From the human T2T-CHM13v2.0 reference genome, Homo sapiens, in the NCBI RefSeq assembly GCF_009914755.1, contig NC_060948.1: a stretch of 64,000 bases of DNA. One strand, written 5' to 3'. Made by a program: the position numbers and the translations under genes. Below the pieces are notes generated by a model. That model ran no database searches. It was not told where the DNA came from and saw only the letters and a list, made by a program, of their open reading frames with translations. Below, piece by piece: positions 16,691-30,425 of the stretch. Within the stretch, counting starts at the first letter, position 1. Each line of letters starts with the position of its first letter.

Positions 16691-17898
16691 TTGAATTCCT
16701 TTTCATGATTAAAAAAGTTGCTATATCATGATTTACATCTATGAAAAATGCAAGTAATTATCATTTACTCTTTGCCCAGAAAATTCCTACAGTTGAGTTG
16801 TTCAATCAACAAACTGTATTGATTGAACTGCAGAAAGAATAGCCAGTCATGCTATCGTAAGTTTATCTTATGGGTGTAACTTTTCCCTTGCATCTCACTT
16901 TATCATTAATTGCCTAAAATGCAACCATTATCTGTATTTATTTCATTATGTTTAACACATCAGAAGAATACCTACTTATGAGAATTGTGCAAAAAGAGAA
17001 CAAAGATCACAAAAAGATTTGACCTGTGTAGCTATTTGAAGACCTAATGGTGCCGTTTTTGTGAATGATGGCTTTCCAAACTTATTCCCTGATAAACCTG
17101 TGGTTTAACAATTTGGCATAACCTATTTGTTGTAGCCATAACTTGGTGTATGATTAAACATGAATTTTTAATTTGGTAGTTGTGGTGCAAACTGCTGAGA
17201 TACTGAAATACAATATTAAAGCAAGTCAGAAACTTCACCCTACAATCTATTTGTTATCCTCTAATTTTACAGAGCATGCTCATTTCCTCTTCATGTTATT
17301 TCCAATCAACTACATGCTATGTAAAGGAAAGTTGGGCCTTACAAAGAAGCAAATACCTGTTTTCACTGTTTGGGGGCTTCTGTGAACTGTTTCTAATTTA
17401 TCCATTAGACCTTGCAATGGAGAAATGAAAGAAAAGAAATAATTTTGAAATTGGGTTGACCAAACAGAGGAATAAAATAGATTCAAATTTTAGTTTATTC
17501 TTAAGCAGAAATAACCAATCAGGTAATATGAATGTGCCCATATTATGCTGTAGCATAATGTAGACATAATTTTGGCTTGACTTTTGATGGTAAAAGTTAA
17601 CAGGCACAAAAGTAATATAGCTATTAAGGGACTTGGAGAGTAGGTGGGGCAAACAAGGCAAAAATAAAAGTGTAGATATAATGCAGGTCAGTGTCCATCT
17701 AGTCAGTGTAGCCAAGATGGAAGAGAATACAGTAGAAAAGAAATCCCAGACATTATACCAGGCATAGAAGTTGAGGCAGAAGAAGAAAACCTGAACAAGA
17801 AGCCCTGGAACCTGCCCCCTGCCTCCAGGGCAGAAAGAACAATAGCACAATGTGGCTGATTTCACAGTGAGAATGAAACAGTTTGCTGCTTAAGGTGT

Positions 17899-18213
17899 TT
17901 TGTTGTTGTTGTTGTTTTTTTCTGTTTGTTTGTTTGTTTGTTTTCCTCACTCTGTCACCAGGCTGGAGTGCAGTGGTGATTTCGGCTCACTGCAACCTCT
18001 CCCTCCCAGGTTCAAGTGATTCTCCTGCCTCAGCCTCCAGAGTAGCTGGGACTACTGGTGAGTGCCACCAGGCCCAGCTAATTTTTGTATTTTTAGTAGA
18101 TGCAGAATTTCACCATGTTGACTAGGATGACCTCTATATCCTGACCTCATGATCTGCCCTCCTCGACCTCACAAAGTGCTGGGATTACAGGATTGAGCCA
18201 CCATGCCGGGCCT
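17899..18213 (-). mobile_element. AluS SINE with (TTG)/(TTTG) tail
   Basis: Antisense Alu dimer ending ...gagccaccatgccgggcc; TSD core tgctgctt on both sides. Confidence 0.92.
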
Positions 18214-18315
18214 GCTGCTTGAGTTTTAACCATACTTCTTCATGTTGGTAGCTGACTTAAGATATGCTTCATTTTCTTCGAAATTAACAAGTGTTTGGCA
18301 AGGATGAATGAAAAG

Positions 18316-18597
18316 ATAGATTCAATAGATAGATAGATAGATAGATAGATGAGATAGGTGGATAGATTGATAGAATAGATAGATTAGATAGATGAGTTAG
18401 AGAGAGAGAGAGATTACACAGATTAGACAGACAAATGAGATGGACAGAGAGATATGTAGGTAGATAGATGCATAGATAGATATAGATACATAGGTGGATA
18501 ATAGATGGAAATATACATGATAGATAGATAGAAAATAGATAGAAATATACATGACAGGTGGATGCATAAATGGTAGACATAGTAGAGATAGATATAT

Positions 18598-18648
<51 letters not shown>

Positions 18649-18810
18649 GATAGATGATAGATAGATAGATAGATAGATAGATATAACAGATGAATGGATT
18701 AATAAATAAAGAGCATAGATGGATGCATAAATATGCAGACAGATGCCAGATAGGTAGATGATAGATATGATTGTTAGATATGATGGATGAATGTATAGAT
18801 AGATATGATG
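18316..18810 (+). repeat. Degenerate GATA-rich array with a (GATA)12 core at ~18598-18645
   Basis: Direct reading. Confidence 0.92.
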
Positions 18811-21196
18811 GAGGGAAATATAGTCTGATTGATATGTGTACTTATATACCTTATTAAATAAAGGTCTTCAATACACAAATTATTTATCTTTTCATAGTTC
18901 ATTTAACAAAAGAGCCTATGATTATAGTACTGTTCTAGAGATTGCTTTATCTAAAAAACAATCTAAATATTAATCTAATACCACTCAGGTGGTTTCTCTC
19001 TGTGAAAAAGTCCTAATTCAATGAATATTCAGAGAACACATGGTCCAATGATCAACCACAGAGAAAGAGGATTTTATATTCAAATAAGACAGATTAATAG
19101 TTAGATAGATAGATAGTAGTTAAATTTTTACATCAACCAATATAATGTGACTTAAAATTTGACTTTTCATTAATCTATAAATCTGTTATGCCTTTTTTCA
19201 AAGAAGGGTATTTGCCAAAAACTGACTAGATATTGAGTTGTTGAATAAAACCTTTCATATTTTGATATGACATATGAAAAAGTAAGAGCAATATTGATAT
19301 GATAACTGTTTATAGAGGGTCACTGGAGCTCCAGGTGCTGCTCAGCAGGTAGTGGAAAATCAGGGTAATTATGATATGATGGGTGACCTCAACTGTCATA
19401 ATTCCGTGAAAATCAACACCAAAAACAAAGCAGGATACAAAAACGTCCTCTACGGAAATAATTCAGATTATGAATCTGGAATCACTCTGTCCCAAATCTT
19501 AGGAAAATTATGTTCATATGTATCTTACATCAGAGACAATACAGACAGAATAATTTCATAACCTTCAGGTCAAACATGTTTATTAACTGAAATAAACGAA
19601 AAAACTTAGTGGCATTTTAATTTTAAATTTGCTTAATTGGTCCATAAATAAAAATATAATTAACTCTAAGTACTTGCATGAAATGTGAATATGTATGATG
19701 ACAGAAATTAAAACGAAACCCTTGTCAGAGTTTAAAATGCCATAGAATTAAACATAAATAAAATTTTCTTCTGGAGGTTTTTTTTTTTTTGTTCTTCACA
19801 AGGAGTAATGATACCTATCAGTAAGATGTTAAATTTCTCTAACATAATACACAATTTTATTTATAATTAAAAAATTATTGTTTGTTTATCAGAGAAGCTC
19901 CAAATGTAAATTGCTTATTTTTAAAATTGTTTAAATTGTAGCCCCAGTTTGCTCTGTAAAGGGCTCTTTGACCCATGCGTTTGCCAGAGGAATATCACTT
20001 ATCTTTCAAATCTAATTGAATTTTAAATTCTTTTTAGAAACATTTTAATCTCACATTTATATTTGGATAATGTTTTCATGATAGAAAGTATCTAAATAGA
20101 AATATGTCTATACTTATACTACACTTATATCTATATTATATATAGTGTATATATAGAGTAATTTGTATGTATAGGAGCTATATAGTATTAATAATGTTAT
20201 ATTTTCATATTTTAGTCAGAACTTAATATGTATATATAATATGCTTTTATTTTTTTAGATATATAGAAGAAAAATTGGAGAATAAAGGAATTAAGGTGAA
20301 ACAGACATTATTGAGAGGTTTTTATTTGTTTAAAACATACGTGTTTGATACTTTGGAGTTTAGTATTTATTTCTTCACTGAAATAATTCTTCTTCCATAT
20401 GGCCATTAAAATAAATGAATAAATGTCAATTTATTGAGTCAATAGTTTTAATTTTCTTAATGTTAAAAATGATTTTACAATTAATGACCATTTCACTTGA
20501 ATTAGAAGTGAAAGTTAATAAGGTAAGGTTTTTATAACAAAAATTATTTTAAGACAAAGTTAAAATTTAAAAATAGAATAACAATGACTCTAAACTCTAA
20601 GTTGTTTCCCAAACTACAATAATATTTTTAGCGAAGGTAGAGGGGTAAAAATATATGTGTTTTATTGTTCTGTAAGACTAAAATAAGAAATCAAAATATG
20701 ATTTGTTATGTAATAAAGTATTTATTCTACTTAGATCCAATTCTCATCTCCGAATAGATTTTTGGTATTTTATAGTTCCTATTAACAAAAGTAAAATTCT
20801 AGCTGGCCAAACAACTTACCCTTAGTGGTTTTCTTTTCCTTAAACACACAAACATCTTTAAGCAACACTGCTTATTCAAAAATTTATTAATGTAATAACT
20901 ATATTTTAAATATGAATATGTATTACATAACATAAGTAATTATTAAATACTGGTAACTAATAACTTGGTCAATTCAATACAATTTAATTATTGATAATTT
21001 GTAAATTATTAAAGAACTATGTGCATCAAATATATGTTGTATCAAGAAGACACTATCACTAATCGTAATACAACTTAACAAAGAAAAATATTTTTTCACA
21101 AAACACCTTGTCGTCATAGAATAAAACATGCATAAACACTGTAACATGGATGTACTGTATTAAAAATTAATGTGGTAATTCTTACTGCTTGTGTTC

Positions 21197-21495
21197 TTTT
21201 TTTTTTTTTTTTTTTTTGAGATGGAGTCTCGCTGTGCTGCCCAGGCTGGAGTGCAGTGGCGCGATCTTGGCTCACTTCAAGCTCCGCCTTCCGTGTTCAC
21301 ACCATTCTCCTGCCTCAGCCTACCCAGTAGGTGGGAACACAGGCGCCCACCACCACACCCGGCTAATTTTTCGTATTTTTAGTAGAGACGGGGTTTCACG
21401 GCGTTAGCCAGGATGGTCTCGATTTACTGACGTGATCCGCCCCCCTCGGCCTCCCAAAGTGCTGGAATTACAGGCATGAGCCACCGCGCCCGGCC
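21197..21495 (-). mobile_element. AluY/Sc SINE
   Basis: PolyT then gagatggagtctcgc...gttagccaggatggtctcgat...gccaccgcgcccggcc; many CpGs retained. Confidence 0.93.
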
Positions 21496-21639
21496 TCTTA
21501 TGTTCTTAATAGTATGTGATGTGTTTTCTTGAATTCTTAATTCACCATTTCCAACTGAAATTTGAGTTAATACATTTACCAATACTTGTCTTAGGGGTTA
21601 TTTCGTTTTTAATGTTTTTTTGTTTATGTTTTTGTGTGT

Positions 21640-21933
21640 TTTTTTTTTTGAGACGGAGTCTCCCTCTGTCGCCCAGGCTGGAGTGCAGTGGCACAATCTC
21701 AGCTAACTGCAACAGCCACTTCCCGGGTTCAAGCAATACTGCAGCCTCAGCCTCCCAAGTAACTGGGATTGCAGACCGGCACCATCATGACCAGCTAATT
21801 TTTTGTACTTTTGTTAGTGAGGAGGTTTCGCCATGTTGGCCAGGCTGGTCTCAAAACTCCTGGCCTTAATTGATCTGCCTGCCTCGACCTCCCAAAGTAC
21901 TGTAATTACAGGCTTGAGCCACCGCACCCAGCC
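21640..21933 (-). mobile_element. AluS SINE
   Basis: Antisense dimer gagacggagtctccctctgtcgcccagg...gccaccgcacccagcc. Confidence 0.92.
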
Positions 21934-23899
21934 TAGCTTTTAAATTTTGAAAACATAAAAAATAGCAATATTTTATGCAATTTGAGAGAGTAAGTGTGCC
22001 AGTGTCTATTATCAAAGGTATTTGGTTTTGGAAGTTGAACTGTAATTTGAATCAATAAGTAAGATACTGTTATTTGATTTGAGAACCCACAGGTAAATTA
22101 TGTGATTTGAAAATTTGCAAAAGTGCATTACTCTTCTTTTGAATTTTAGTTAATAATTGACAAAGTACCTGTTAGCAGAGATATCTGAACATTGAAATTT
22201 TGTTTGACATATAAGCTAATAAGTATAGAAATGTTATTTGGAATTGGGTTAATATATGTACCAGACCTTGATATGATCTTACTTTGTGTTGTCACTTTTA
22301 TTTAGGAATTCAAATAGTAAATATACTGCTGTTATTTGGACATTGAAATTGGGTTAAACTTGAATTTAAATCTATGTATACCTGTATACCAGTGTGACAA
22401 AGAATTTGAGCCAGTAAGTGCACAATTGTGAGTTATCTGCCTTGTTTGTATTATGAAATTTAAAAATAAACCTGAACTAATAATTAACCAATATTATTTC
22501 CATTTGGAACTAATAATAAGTGTACTTACTGGAACTTATTGGTGTTATTGGAAAATAACAATAAATTTGGGGGTGAATTCAGATTCTCTGGAATCTTGTC
22601 TAATTTATTTTTCTGGTTACTCTCAGAAATAATTTCAGAAATGAGTGTGACATCTTCCCCTGCTGACTGAAACCACTAACTTTCCACACAAGGGTAATAT
22701 ATATATAGGACATTACACCTCGTCACCTTATTCTGTGAATGCTATTCATGTTTTAACAATTCCATTGACTTAATCATAGCTTCATTTTCTTGCTTGACAG
22801 CTTCTCAATTTCATTGTTTCTGAAGTTTCCCATGGTAGACCCAAGAGCCCTGATCCTGGTATAGGGTCCTACCCAAAAGGTGTAGATTTTAGCATTCTAC
22901 AGAAAAGTCTGTATAAGTTTAGATTGAGGATCACTCAGATTGCTTGAGAGATAGTTCTGCAGGATATTTGTGTGAGCAAAATAGCTTTTGCCCTCACCAA
23001 CCTCCTCCTCTGAATGTGTGTCCTGTGTCTTCATTTAATCAATGCTCATTCAGCAAACACAAGGCAGAGTTGCTCATTTGCTTTTGCATGGCATCTCATT
23101 TTGACTGGGGCAGCCTATATGAAATTTTGTACATAACAAAAATTTCCGTGAAATGGCCAACTTGGTTGAGCTCTTTATTTTAGGACTCTTTATAAGTTCC
23201 CTGATGTATGGCCTTCCTCTCACTCTATTTTTATCACCTGTACATCTGATTCACGTAAATTATTTCAGACATCCCAGCCTTTGTAAACTTGGCAAATTCT
23301 ATTTTAGTACTTTGAGCACAATTTCTCCTCTTTCTCTGTCACCCCACTCTTCTGAATAACTCTATCTTTACTTTCAGATTTCACTGAAGTGACACTGCAC
23401 TTAAAAGTGTTCAGAGAAACCTTCATTCATAGGTAAAACAAATTTTTGGGTTTGCATTTTCTTAATACCTTGTGTGTTTCTATCACATAATTCACCCCCA
23501 TGTATATGCATTGTCTCCCTGCTAAATGATGAGCACTTGAAGATGAGGGCTGTCTCTTACCCATTCCTGGTCAGTGTGTTGAACATATGCTAGACACTCT
23601 GTTAACATTGACTAACTTTATCAGCACCACACATTAACTTAATTGCATTCTGATGTATAGAGGAAAAAAAAAGTGCCTTAAAAAATCACAGTTTAGACGG
23701 ACTTTCTCATGATCTTTAATGCCATTTATTATTATAGAAATGGATAATGAAAATCCTGGAAATAGCATTCCCAATATCCCAGTCTGAAAATAATAATATT
23801 TTCAAAGCAATACCCCATAAGCCTTTCCGTTTGAATTTTGTTTAATATTGAATGGCTGATGATCGCCATTGTGTGCCCTATGGATCTTCACTTGTCTAG

Positions 23900-24224
<325 letters not shown>

Positions 24225-24286
24225 CCGTCAGTACTTCTTGTAAATGCTTGCCACAGAGAATGGCCACACAATTCTCCATCACCATA

Positions 24287-24753
24287 TAGGTGTCCACTGA
24301 ACAACAGAGGGATCTGGGCACCAGTCCCCTACACAGTCGAAAATCCATGTATAATATTTGACTTCCCCAAAACATAACTACTAATAGGTTATTGTTGACT
24401 AGGATCCTTATTGATATCACAAACAGCCAATTAACACATATTTTGTATGTTATATGTATTATATATTCTATTCTTACAGTAAATAAGCTAGGGAAAAGAA
24501 AGTGTTATTGAAAAAATATAAGGAAAAATACCTTTACTAGTCACTAACTGGAACTGGATCATCACAAAGGTCTTCATCCTCTTCATGGTCACATTTAGTA
24601 GGTTGAGGAGGAGGAAGAGGAGAGGTTAGTCTCGCTGACTCACTGATGACAGAGACAAGGAAGGAAGGAAGGAGATCATTATATAAGGAGAAAGAAAATC
24701 TTCATGTAAGTGGACTTGTGCAGATCAAGATAATGCCTTACGAGGATCCACTT
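24287..24753. mobile_element. Tigger2a (MER28)-like non-autonomous DNA transposon
   Basis: tgaacaac...cagtcgaaaatccatgtataa...ccccaaaacataactactaatag...ggatcatcacaaaggtcttcatcctc...gtaagtggac; degenerate TIRs. Confidence 0.8.
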
Positions 24754-25569
24754 AGTTCATTTCCCTAAAACCTTATTTGGGTCAACTTTAACCTATGTGT
24801 AGCACAGCCAGCCACCTACTGCTTCCTCTCTATAATTCAACATTATTATGAGATCTGTCGACCACTTTTGCAATTTCCATGATGAAATTACCCAATCAAC
24901 TTAGTGCCCATAAGCCAAATCTTCCCCAATTCTATTTGTTCAGTTTCATTTTTGGATATAAATAGAAAAAAATTAGAAGGATGACATCTTTTCCCCCTTT
25001 GTGCCTAGATTTCCACTGTAAAGTAAATACAAGACATGCTTTTTTGAAAAAACATGATGATGTTAGGTGGATAGTTTAGTGGTTACAGAGTAGTTCTCCT
25101 CAATAAGATAATTGAAAAATAATTCATGCTGTGTAATTTTATAGTGTTTGGTAGTTTGAATGCATTAAACCATTGCTGAATTCTAGTTGATAAAAGCATC
25201 AGTGACCCAATTGTTGTACTGCTTTATTATTATTAATTTTTAATTTGTGGAGGACAGTAGTCACATTCATGAAGAATTTGACATTTATTTTCCCAATAGA
25301 GGAAATACTACATTGCATCCATAAGGACTAACATTATATTGCATCCAGGATCAGAAGCACTGAGAAGTTGATGCTGTGAAAAGTTTAGAATAAGGAGAGT
25401 TTATTCTAATCCCAGGAAAATTCTAATTAACTCTAATCCCAGAAATAAGATTAAAATTCAAAAAATTAAAACAAAAATACCTAATCCTATCATACACAGA
25501 ATGTAGTATGTCCATACAAAATGATTATACAGTTACTGAAACTATTACTCATAACAATAGTAGCCTAAA

Positions 25570-25885
25570 CATTCCTTCTTTTCTTTCCTTCATTTCTCAC
25601 TCGTACTTTGTCTTTCTGTCTCTATTTTCTTGCTTCCCTCCTTTCATTTGTTATTCCTACCTTTTTCTTTTTTCATTTCTTTTTTCTTTCTTCCTCCCTC
25701 TCTCCCTTTCTTCTCTTCTTTTTCTCTTTCATTCTCCTTCCTGCCTCCCTCTCTCCTTTCACCTTTGATTTTTCCTTTCTTTCTTGTTTCTTTCTTTATT
25801 CTTTCTTCCTTCTCCCCTCTTTCCTTCCTTTCTTTATTTTCTTCTTTTCTTCTTTCATTTTTTTAAATCTTTCCTTCCTCCCCGC
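25570..25885 (+). repeat. CT-rich low-complexity tract
   Basis: Direct reading. Confidence 0.9.
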
Positions 25886-26935
25886 TACCCCCATAGAATA
25901 GTGATCTACAACTTTAAGGATAACTTCTTATCCACATTTCCAGTTGCTAAGGAATAGCTATTTTTTGTCTCTTCTATCCATTCAAAAGAACTCCAGTTGT
26001 TTATGTAACTTATATTTCTGGCTTATATTGTAAATAAATAAACAATAAACTATTCTTAGCTGCTTCTCTATTCAGCAAATTAGGTAGCGGCTGAGCAGGT
26101 GGTCCTCCCCTGTCTTCCATTTGTGGAATCCCTCACAACAACATTAGGTCAAGGATACAAAGGAAGATGCCAGACACAAGATAAATGAAGGCTTACATTC
26201 TGGAGCAGACCACACTGCATCTAGATGTCAAATTGAGAGGGTCTATTGCATCATAGGTTCTAATTGATGGCATGTTGTTGCAGGAAGTAGGCTAGTCCTG
26301 TATCTCTGCAGGAAGGAGACTACTCCAATATCCCAAGAGGATGAAAATGTAAGTATCAGAGTGTGTATACACTAAACACATCCTAGTGTGAAGGCTAACT
26401 TGGGTTGAGCTCACCCAAACCTTCTGTTATGCCCTCACTCATCCTGGGCAATATACTTTTAGATACTGGAAGCAGATCCTGTGACTAGCCTGAATTTCAG
26501 GAGCATATTCCTTCATAAATAGCATTGCCTGCTCTGTTTCCTTTAGGAAGCAAAAGTACAGGCTTTTTTTGTTTATAAGATTGTCAGTGGTACCCACTGG
26601 TCAAAAATAGTTGATACTGCCAGCAGAGATGTGCCAATGGCCACAGCTACAACCAGGTATAACCAAATGTAGACCACAGAATAGTTGCTACAAGTGTAAA
26701 TGCAGTATTTACTGTGTTTAGCAGGGCTTCTTCATGTCTACCTCTAGTAGCGACCCTGTGAAGAAGGGTTGTGGGTAGTAAAAGGTAATTCATTCTTAGC
26801 ACCATCTGCAGAGTTATCTTGTCTACTTGTGTCTTGCAAAATCCTCTACATCCCCTTGCAAGAGTCACTATTTTGTTTGAAACTCTTCAGAAAGACACTG
26901 AGTTCTTTAACCCTCATTTGCTCTGGGATATCCTC

Positions 26936-28120
26936 TCACAGGGTTCAGACAATAGTATCTCAAAATATGATACTTTGTGCATGCTAAACTGAAAAAGGAG
27001 CCTTATGTTCTCTCTCACCTCCCACCCATATCCCACCAGCTCCTCCAAAGCACAGGATGAAGTTGTTCTCTGAAGTCCCCTTATTTGCCTGTATTAGTCT
27101 GTTCTCACATTGCTATGAATAACTAGCTGGGACTGGGAAATTTATAAATAGAAGAGGTTTAATTAACTCGCAGTTCTGTAGGCTGCATAGCAAGCATGGC
27201 TAGGGAAGCCCCAGGGAACTTACAATTATGACAGAATGCAAAGGGGAAGCAGGCATGTCTTACATAGCAGAGCAGGAGACAGAGAGAGAGAATGTATAAA
27301 GCAGAAGTTCTAAACACTTTCAAACACCCAGATCTCTTCAGAACTTTGCCATGAGATGAGCAAGGGTAAAGTCCTCCCCCATGATCCATTCACCTCCCAC
27401 CAGGTCCCACCTCCAACACTGAATCTTACAATTCAACATGGGATTTGGCTGGGGACAGAGCCAAACTATATCTTTGCCTAAAAGCCATAACCATCAAAGA
27501 AGAAAACAATGACATCCAGTCCCTTCTTTGAGTTTGGATTAAGTGAGCCCATACTGCTGGAAGAAACTGAAATCTGTCAACACACATGGATGGGCTTTTG
27601 TCACAAACCACTGCTCTGGAGTCCTAGTAGACTTTGTCCCAGGCCGTTGTGCATTCTTTGACCCGCACATCTCATCAAAATGAGAAGGTTGATTTCCTTG
27701 TGATTTTTTTTGTCCAAGAAATGTAGGTATCTCCTCCTTTTGCTGTAACCTGGGCAAAAAATCTCACTTACTCTAGTATGAATCAATGTAGTCATTTTAA
27801 CCAGGGGCAAAATTAATTAATTAATTAATAGTAATTAATCATTCATTGCATTTTAACAGAATTTTTCTTCTCTCTCTGCTCTCATAACCTGTTTTGCCAA
27901 GACGCAAGCCCACATTCTTTCTGTAAGCTCAGTATGGTAATACAAGTTTCTGCACCTCACTGGGGAGCTGGGTCGTCTTCATTCTGAAGCCTCCTGTGTC
28001 ATCTAAAACTATAATCAAATAAATGTGTTTGTCTTATCTCCAATTAATCTGCCTTTTATGAGTTGATTTTTCAGCTGACCTTTGGAGGGCAAAAGGGAAA
28101 TTTTCCCTTGTCCCTTATGA
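26936..28120 (+). mobile_element. ERV1 MER4-group solo LTR (MER31/MER39-like), interrupted by an MST LTR and a foreign 175-bp segment
   Basis: Start cagggttcagacaatagtatctcaaaatatg; 3' part tcttcattctgaagcctcc...aataaatg...attaatctgcc...gatttttcagc. Confidence 0.65.
27090..27473 (-). mobile_element. MST-family (MaLR) solo LTR
   Basis: tgtattagtctgttctcacattgctat...ggggacagagccaaactatatc; perfect 5-bp TSD ttgcc 27085-27089 / 27474-27478. Confidence 0.9.
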
Positions 28121-28321
28121 CTCTCAGAAGATTAACAAATACTAAATTCCCAAGTATCTTCAGCTTTTGCTAAATGTCCAAAACAAATGTGTCATGCACT
28201 GGCAGATGACAAAGGCAAATTTATTTGTGTTTCTGTTGTTGTTGTTGCTGTTCTGAAGTATCTAACAGCATTCAGAGGGAAGTTCCCTGTAGAAAACCTA
28301 GTCAAGGTCTTCTTACATTGA

Positions 28322-28897
28322 CTGATTGCTGACATCAGTTGAAGGGCAGAAGTAAAATCATAAAATTATTCAGGAAAGAGGGATTCCAGTTTCAGGAGTT
28401 AGCTTCCTCTGGCTTATTGAAATCATTGTTTCTAATTTTTTTTTTTTTTCTGACAAGCCCCTATAGAGCCTGTTTTCATTACCAGAGGAAGTTGTTCAAA
28501 TTCTCTGTCTTTTCATGGATCTTGTCACCTCCACTAATGCATGCTTTTATGCCTTCCTTCAAGCAGCTTTAAAGATTTTGATGTATTAAGTGTGGCTGTG
28601 CCCCTATGTGTATTGATTGCTGTCAGTTGAAAGGCAGAAGTGAAATCATGGAATTCTTTGGAAAAGAGGGATTCCAGTATTGGGAGTTAGCTTCCTCCAG
28701 CTTCTTGAAATCATTGTGTTTCTAGACGTTTTTCTAACGAGCCCCCAAATAGCCTCTTTTGATTACCAGAGGAAATTGTTCAGGTTCTCTGTCTTTCCAT
28801 TGGTCTTGTGACCTCCACCAATTCATGCTTTGATGCCTTCCTTCATGCAAGTTTAAAGATTTTGACAGAGCAAGTATGGTTGTGTTCCTACATGTAG
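28322..28897 (+). repeat. Old head-to-tail tandem duplication of a ~290-bp unit (about 28322-28612 and 28613-28897)
   Basis: Both copies read tgattgctg..cagttgaa.ggcagaagt.aaatcat...gagggattccagt...gagttagcttcctc...attaccagaggaa...tgccttccttca...tttaaagattttga. Confidence 0.92.
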
Positions 28898-29411
28898 AAG
28901 ACAAGGTGAGTAGGTGAGTTCTCTGATTCAAAATTAGCCTTCCCTCTAGCCTTGTGAGCAAGCCAAGAGGACCTCACATCTCACCAAAATGAGAAGGTTG
29001 ATTTATTTGTGATTTTTTATCCAAGAAACGTAGGTATTTCCTCCTTTTGCTGTAACCTGGGCAAAAAAAAATCTCACCTACTCGAGTATGAATCAATGCA
29101 GTCATTTTAACCAGGGGCAAAATAAATAAATAAAAATAACAGTAAACTCAAAAAGCATTGATGAACTATATAGATTCTTACTGAAGCCTTTAATAGGAAA
29201 TGCAGATAATTTACCTGACAAGCAACTCAAAAATGCTTTCTAGCCTTCCTCTCTAAATGTCTCACTTCCATAATTCTGCACACATGGGTGAATGCAACCT
29301 CTTTTTTTTTTCCATGCCCACTGCTCAAATCTCTTTCCAGTTTCTGAAGTTTCTCTGTTTATTTTATCTGATTATATTTTGTTCAATTATACAAAGCAAT
29401 AGAGTTCTATC

Positions 29412-30425
29412 TGTATGTTGGGGCCAAGAAAAAACTTCCCCTTCAGTTTCACTGAAGATTACTGACAAGAGACTGGTTAATAGGAGAAAAGGATACAAGA
29501 TTATTTAATGAGTACATGGGCCCCTTCAGAAGGAAGACCCAAATATGGGGAAACTGTCAATTTTTAGGCTTAGGTTCAAAAAACTATGTACAGCCAAAAG
29601 AAATAGGATTCTACTAAAAGGGCCTGTTCTAAAGCTAATGGACTGAGTGGGGAAACCCAGCCAGGCCTGTTGGTCTAGATTCTCCTTGACCTCTCTGAGT
29701 GGCAATCCTTCATTCTGGGTATGTGGCAGGAAGGTCTCTGGGATAGGAGTGCTAGGACGCACAGTCAAAGAAGGTAGGTCAGGGAATTTTTTTTTATGGC
29801 CAGTTTTTACACAGAAAATTGGTGGGAATGTTAGAGTTATATTTTTAGATTTTATGGCTGGCTTTGGGGACAAGGTGTTTTGCTTTCTCTGATCTGGGGG
29901 AGGGGAGGGGAATATGGGTTCTTTTTTTTTATGTAGTGCCTCTGGGGAGAATGGGACTCAGTGACAGGAGGGAAGGTGACATAGTTTGGCTGTGCTGCCA
30001 CCCAAATCTCATCTTGAATGGTAGTTCCCATAATTCCCACCTGTCATGGGAAGGACCAGGTGGGAGGTAATTGAATCATCTAGACAAGTCTTTACCATGC
30101 TATTCTTGTGAGAGTGAGTAAGTCTCAGGAGATCTGATCGTTTTATAAAGGGGAGTTCCACTACACACATTCTCTTGCCTACCACCATGTAAGATGTGCC
30201 TTTGCTCTTCCATTGCCTTCTGCCATGGTCGTGAGGACTCCCCAGCCCTGTGGAACTGTGAGTTCATTAAAGCTCTTTCCTTTATAAATTACCTAGTTTG
30301 GGGCATGTCTTTATTAGCAGTATGAGAACAGACTAATACAAGAGAAGGTCAGAAAAAAACTCTTGCCTCTGAGACGTATTCTGAGGCCCTCATTTTGGGA
30401 CGCTTTTTTTCTGAGTCCTAGCCTG
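29412..30425 (-). mobile_element. MER39 (ERV1) solo LTR interrupted by THE1
   Basis: Colinear with the uninterrupted copy at 42963-43625 (gactgagtggggaaacccagc, tatggccagtttttacacagaaa, tctgaggcc.tcattttggg). Confidence 0.8.
29977..30340 (+). mobile_element. THE1-family solo LTR
   Basis: tgacatagtttggctgtg...cacccaaatctcatcttgaat...gagaacagactaataca. Confidence 0.92.

Noticed and set aside
19352-19561. Short ORFs in unique sequence (also 51743-52183 and 63426-63725) as exons or pseudogenes
   Set aside because: No recognisable protein similarity; lengths are within random expectation
19600-21180. Very AT-rich, TE-poor stretch as a matrix-attachment or conserved element
   Set aside because: Only composition supports it; cross-species conservation data would be needed
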